From an uncultured Thermoleophilia bacterium (GTDB lineage Bacteria > Actinomycetota > Thermoleophilia > Miltoncostaeales > Miltoncostaeaceae): DNA of 64,000 bases. This document shows positions 60,449 to 64,000 of the stretch, piece by piece (the stretch's first letter is position 1; each line of letters starts with the position of its first letter). The position numbers and the translations under genes are program-made. The notes beneath the pieces were generated by a model. That model searched no databases, was not told where the DNA came from, and saw only the letters and a program-made list of their open reading frames with translations. The DNA lies in contig CAVSFF010000008.1 of assembly GCA_963727285.1 (NCBI GenBank), positions 6,857-70,856 of the forward strand. Direction: 5' to 3'.

Positions 60449-61061
60449 CTACCGGTGTCCGTTGACGGTCGGGCGCGCGTCCTCGTCGCGCAGCCGGCGA
60501 CGCATCCGGAGCATGTGTGTCTTGACCGTGTTCGGCGAGATGACGAGACGTTCGGCGATCTCGCGCGGTCGAACGCCGTCGTTCAGCAGGTCGAGGATCT
60601 CGCGCTGACGCGACGTCAGGCCCTCGCGGGAGTCCGCGACGGCGAGCGCACGGACGGCCGCCGCGCTCACGGCTGCCCTGCCGCCACGTACAAGTTCCAA
60701 CGCAGCCAGAAACTCGTCGCGCGCACAGCACACGTCGAGCACTCCGGATGCGCCGCGCCGCATGAACGAGACCTCGTCACGCACCTCGCAACGACTTGTC
60801 AGCACGAAGAATCCGGGCGTCGCGGGCCTCCTGGTTGAGCACGGTCAGCAGCGACGGGACCTTCGTGTCGCCGACGAGCACCACCACGTCGGGGCGGGTG
60901 TCCCTCCAGGCCGTGCGGATCTGCCACGCCGTGGAGGCGACGCCCGCGACGGCGACGGTGGACGGCGCGGCGTGGATCCAGGCGTGGATGCCGGCGGTGA
61001 CGAGGGGTGCACGCGATACGACAAGCACCGCGCACCGCCGCGGACCACCGACGTCGGGCAC
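60449..61061 (-). pseudogene. LuxR/NarL-family response regulator with atypical receiver; frame broken near 60795
   Basis: The receiver-like N-terminus AVLVVSRAPL... lacks the usual acidic DD pair; PDVVVLVGD follows. After ...ARDARIL the text continues in another frame as VLTSRCEVRDEVSFMRRGASGVLD, then the LuxR HTH LTSRQREILDLLNDGVRPREIAERLVISPNTVKTHM. Confidence 0.7.
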
Positions 61062-61123
61062 GCTAGATCCGTGCCGATGCGGTGTTGCGGGCCGCAGCGG
61101 CGCTCACGACGGGGTTCCCGGGA

Positions 61124-61863
61124 TCACGGGGATGGTGGCGAGCACGCGTCCGTCTTCGGCACGGGCGACGACACGCGCAGACCGCCAGCGCGACGTCCCG
61201 CCGTCGCCGGAACGAGAAAGACGCCCGCGTGTGCCACGCCGGGATACGTCTGCGTCGTCGTCTCCAACGTGACGCTGCGCACGTCCGGCCCGATCCGTCC
61301 GGCGACGAAGCCGTCACCCGGGGCTCCTCGGGTTAGGCACAGCGACACCGCGGTTGTCGGCGGCTGCAGTGGGCACATGCCGACCGATTCGGTGCGATGA
61401 CCCGAGCGCGCCAATCGGTCGGTTGCATCGTGACGTCGATGAGGTATCGATCCGTCGTCGTGCGGCCGGTCCACAGTCCCCAGGCGGTGCCGTCCACGTC
61501 CAACTGGATCGGGTGAGCGAGCGTTGACGGGATCACCGCGAGGGCGGTCGGGAGGCCTCCCCGGGAGGTCGGGACCGTGCCGCCGAGCAGATCCGGAATT
61601 GAGCCCGTGAGAGCCGCGACTGCCGTCCCGCCGCCCAGCGCGAGCACGCCTGCGACGATAATCGCCGGGCGCCACGAGAGCCGCCGGGCGGCGGGATGTG
61701 CAGAGGTGACGGCGTCCGGCGCGTCCGCGGACCGATCGTGTGCAGTGATCCGCGCGAGCACATCCTCCGCCCAGGGGGCACGAGCGAGCTCGCTGATCCG
61801 GGCGAGATCGACGGGATCGCTCGCCCTGAGGCGCGCACGGGTGTCGTTGTCGGCCCGGCTCAC
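61124..61863 (-). pseudogene. Putative anti-sigma factor (single-pass membrane protein); frame broken near 61380
   Basis: GTGA overlap with the ECF sigma stop. One TM segment (RPAIIVAGVLALGGGTAVAAL). An extracytoplasmic part continues in another frame (...GFVAGRIGPDVRSVTLETTTQTYPGVAHAGVFLVPA). Assignment is by position only. Confidence 0.5.
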
Positions 61864-62523
61864 GGCGTGCGCTCCTCGACTGGAGGCGCGCCGCCGGTCG
61901 GTCGCAGCGCTGCGAGCTCGGCATCAAGGCGACGACGCGCGCGGAACCAGACGCACCCGGAGAGTGGCCATCGAGCAGCCCGCAGCGTCGGCGAGCTGTC
62001 GCCGGGTAAGACCATCCCAGGCGTCAAGACACAGCAACTCGCGATCGTCGACCGGAAGCCGATTCAAGGCGACGATGAGATCGGGGTCGCCTCCAAACGC
62101 GTCCGCGACGACGTTCCGGCGGCGCACGTCGTCGGTGATGCGATCGGTCAGTGCCGCCTGGCGTGATGCACTGCGACGCTGGTTGAACACGACGTTCCGC
62201 GCGACAACCAGCAGCCACGGAAGCGGATCCGCCGGAATGTCGGCACGCCGCCGCCACGCAATCAGGAATGTCTCGGCCGCGACATCCGACGCCGCGGAGG
62301 GGTCTGTCCGTCGCGCCGCGTACGCCAGGACCGCGGGGAGGTACTCGCGGTAGATCTGCTCGAAGCGCCGCGTGGCGGTATCGGATGCCATCAGGCGACG
62401 CACTTCCGAGAGCAGCCCGTCGGTGGGATCGACAATGTCGCCGTGGCAACTCGCGCCCGCGGACCCGGACCGCCCGGGCCCCTGGTGCATGTTGCTGCCG
62501 CTGTCCGGACCATTATTCGTCAT
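61860..62523 (-). pseudogene. ECF-type RNA polymerase sigma-70 factor; frame broken near 61912
   Basis: RFEQIYREYLPAVLAYAARR...DVAAETFLIAWRR (region 2) and LPVDDRELLCLDAWDGLTRRQLADAAGCSMATLRVRL (region 4). The expected end FRARRRLDAELAAL... is in the +1 frame after an extra G. The true start may be M45 at 62391. Confidence 0.75.
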
Positions 62524-62539
62524 CGACTATCGCACACCC

Positions 62540-62564
62540 GTCGGAGCCCGCCCGCTCCCGTTCC
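62540..62564 (-). promoter_or_regulatory. Candidate ECF-type promoter (GGAAC-N16-CGAC) upstream of the sigma gene
   Basis: The minus strand reads GGAAC gggagcgggcgggctc CGAC, about 17 nt upstream of the longest-ORF start. This is a by-eye match to the AAC/CGT ECF consensus only. Confidence 0.25.
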
Positions 62565-62867
62565 GTGCCGACCGGCGGCTGCTCCGGTGCCACCACCCGA
62601 CGACGCATGCCGTCGCGCGTCCGGCGCACGCATGGGCGCGGATCCGAGGCGCCTGGACGGCGACGCTCCGCGAGAACCCGTGTGTCCGCGGGACGGCGGT
62701 CGGAGCTCCGTGCGGTCGAGCAGAGCGGCGGTGCGGATCATGCGGCGTGCAGACATGGTGATCTGGATATGTCCGGCGGGCGGCTGGGCGTTACCGCCTG
62801 CCGCGTCGGCACCCCCTCCGGCGCGACGGCATGAGAGGAGGTGCCGCCTGGCGAGGTGCGACGGGCG

Positions 62868-63509
62868 CTATCCGGCTGCCGCGTTGTGGTCGGCGACGAG
62901 GCTCGGGACGCCCAGGTTCGACGTGCCGATGGCGGCGCCCGATGCCGCGTAGGTCGTGAATGACCGCGGCGCGTCGGCGACGATGCCCGCGGCATCGCTC
63001 CCGGGCAACTGCATGATCCAGGTGCGGTTTGCCACGGGTCCGCTGACCGTGGTGCCGTCCGCGAGCGATGCGACCACGCTCGATGCGTTGGCGCTCGCCG
63101 TGCCGGCGATGATCAATGGGGAGCCCGGGCCGCCGATCTCGGCGATACAAAACGCCGCCGACCCCGTGCTCGGGCATTGCCCAAACGCGATCGGATGGTC
63201 GGGGAGACTCAGCATGACTTCGGTTCCCGGTCCACCTCCTGCGACCTGGTACGTCCAGAGGCTGACGTGGCCGACGTCCGTCGCCGCCGCGTTTGCCTCT
63301 GCGAGCGTCCCCGCCACCAGTGGACGCTGGGCCGCGGTGATGAACGCCGACGCCGCCGAGCTCGACAGCCCGGGAGCGGCAGCGCCGCCGGTTGCTCCCG
63401 ATGCCACGATAGGCACGGCTACCCCGAGTGTCACGACCGTGGCTCCCGTTGCGGCCCAACGGGCAAGCGCTCGGTGTCGGCGAAGCGACACCCGAATGGA
63501 TCGGCTCAT
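62868..63509 (-). CDS. Secreted hypothetical protein
   Basis: AAGGAGG lies 6 nt upstream of the ATG. Signal-like MSRSIRVSLRRHRALARWAATGATVVTLGVAVPIVASG. Ala/Gly/Ser-rich, with two Cys (GQCPSTGSAAFC). Confidence 0.6.
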   Translation of the reverse strand: MSRSIRVSLRRHRALARWAATGATVVTLGVAVPIVASGATGGAAAPGLSSSAASAFITAAQRPLVAGTLAEANAAATDVGHVSLWTYQVAGGGPGTEVMLSLPDHPIAFGQCPSTGSAAFCIAEIGGPGSPLIIAGTASANASSVVASLADGTTVSGPVANRTWIMQLPGSDAAGIVADAPRSFTTYAASGAAIGTSNLGVPSLVADHNAAAG

Positions 63510-63540
63510 ATGGCCTCCTTGCGGACGGTCCGCAGTTGAT

Positions 63541-63888
63541 TCAGTTGTACCAAGCGCAGTAGCCGCTCTCGGTGTAGCTGACGTCGTTCAGGCACCAGGC
63601 GCGCGTCGCGATTCCGAGCGGTGAGCCGTTCTGCACGAACTGATACGACCAGGTCTCGCCCTGGATGACGCCGGCGGTGTTTTCGAACCTGATATGGACG
63701 ATGTCCGAGGGGTTTTGTGTCGACATGCGGTCGTAGTTCATGACCACGTTGCCTTTGACCGGATTGAGCCAGCTACCGCCCGATCCGAGACTTCCATTGG
63801 CGTACACATGGGTCGCGGCCATGGCGGGAACTGCAGCCAGTCCGGCGACCAGAAGCCCATACAACACAGGGCGCCGCCATCGCTTCAT
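63541..63888 (-). CDS. Small secreted protein (about 90 aa mature), hypothetical
   Basis: AAGGAG RBS, signal peptide MKRWRRPVLYGLLVAGLAAVPAMAA, aromatic/Asn-rich mature part with a C-terminal Cys pair (WCLND...GYCAWYN). G+C is visibly lower than in the neighbours. Confidence 0.55.
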   Translation of the reverse strand: MKRWRRPVLYGLLVAGLAAVPAMAATHVYANGSLGSGGSWLNPVKGNVVMNYDRMSTQNPSDIVHIRFENTAGVIQGETWSYQFVQNGSPLGIATRAWCLNDVSYTESGYCAWYN

Positions 63889-64000
63889 GCGCGCTCCTTA
63901 CCGATCGTGGATGTCGTCGCGTCGCCGGGTCCCTGACGCCCCCGGGCACGCCGCATCACCGTAGGAACGGGAGTTAGATGCCGTCAATCACCTCAGGGGG

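Noticed and set aside
42-62523. Programmed ribosomal frameshifting as the explanation for split genes
   Set aside because: There are too many unrelated genes affected. I saw no slippery heptamer or downstream structure at the breaks, and the resolved sites lie mostly in simple G/C runs. Sequencing indels are the more economical explanation.
1-64000. Mobile elements, prophage, tRNA/rRNA genes, CRISPR arrays
   Set aside because: I scanned the ORF translations for transposase DDE or integrase motifs and phage structural signatures. I also scanned the intergenic DNA for tRNA-like T-arm (GGTTCGAATCC) sequences. I found none. This is a by-eye negative, not a tool result.

Overview
The window is a visibly high-G+C chromosomal segment (about 70% by eye, not computed). 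Its gene order is typical of Actinomycetota. I recognised no rRNA, tRNA, CRISPR array, transposase, integrase or prophage gene.

Layout:
- 1-3.1 kb: LLM-type oxidoreductase, chrA and a small hypothetical.
- 3.2-13.6 kb: a nearly gapless plus-strand housekeeping block, hup, infC-rpmI-rplT, a TrmH-family methyltransferase, pheS-pheT and argC-argJ-argB-argD. Several junctions are 4-nt ATGA/GTGA overlaps.
- 13.7-17.5 kb: a MacB/FtsX-type ABC exporter and an orphan RsbW-like kinase sit where argF/argR would be expected.
- 17.6-24 kb: argG, two tandem paralogous hypotheticals and dnaE.
- 24-39.5 kb: mixed envelope, stress and metabolic genes. These are a cyclophilin lipoprotein, AKR, a Lin0512-family gene, msrB, acs, a SpoIID-NlpC/P60 hydrolase, a DUF815 ATPase, an Mrr-like nuclease-domain protein, a cation/proton antiporter, a NodB deacetylase, a DUF385 F420 enzyme, an AIM24-family gene plus zinc-ribbon membrane protein, dps, lipoproteins and DUF1059.
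- 39.6-52.1 kb: the most unusual region (details below).
- 52.3-58.4 kb: ppgK and the xfp-ackA phosphoketolase pair.
- 58.6-63.9 kb: a minus-strand signalling block of small secreted proteins, ECF sigma/anti-sigma, an atypical LuxR response regulator and a GAF-GGDEF(degenerate)-HD-GYP protein.

Most unusual region: seven co-directional minus-strand genes look like one operon. They are a GT2 polyprenyl-phosphate glycosyltransferase, a GT4, a GT-C membrane glycosyltransferase, a Wzx-like flippase fused to GT4, an NRPS-like A-PCP-TE module fused to a polysaccharide pyruvyl-transferase domain, an Sfp-type PPTase and a secreted hydrolase-like protein. I do not recognise this combination as a described system.

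Caveat: at least 14 genes, including conserved ones such as argD, xfp and the ABC exporter, carry single-base frameshifts, and most of the sites I resolved lie in short G/C runs. This looks like assembly indel error rather than true gene decay. I typed these genes as pseudogene but they are probably intact in vivo.
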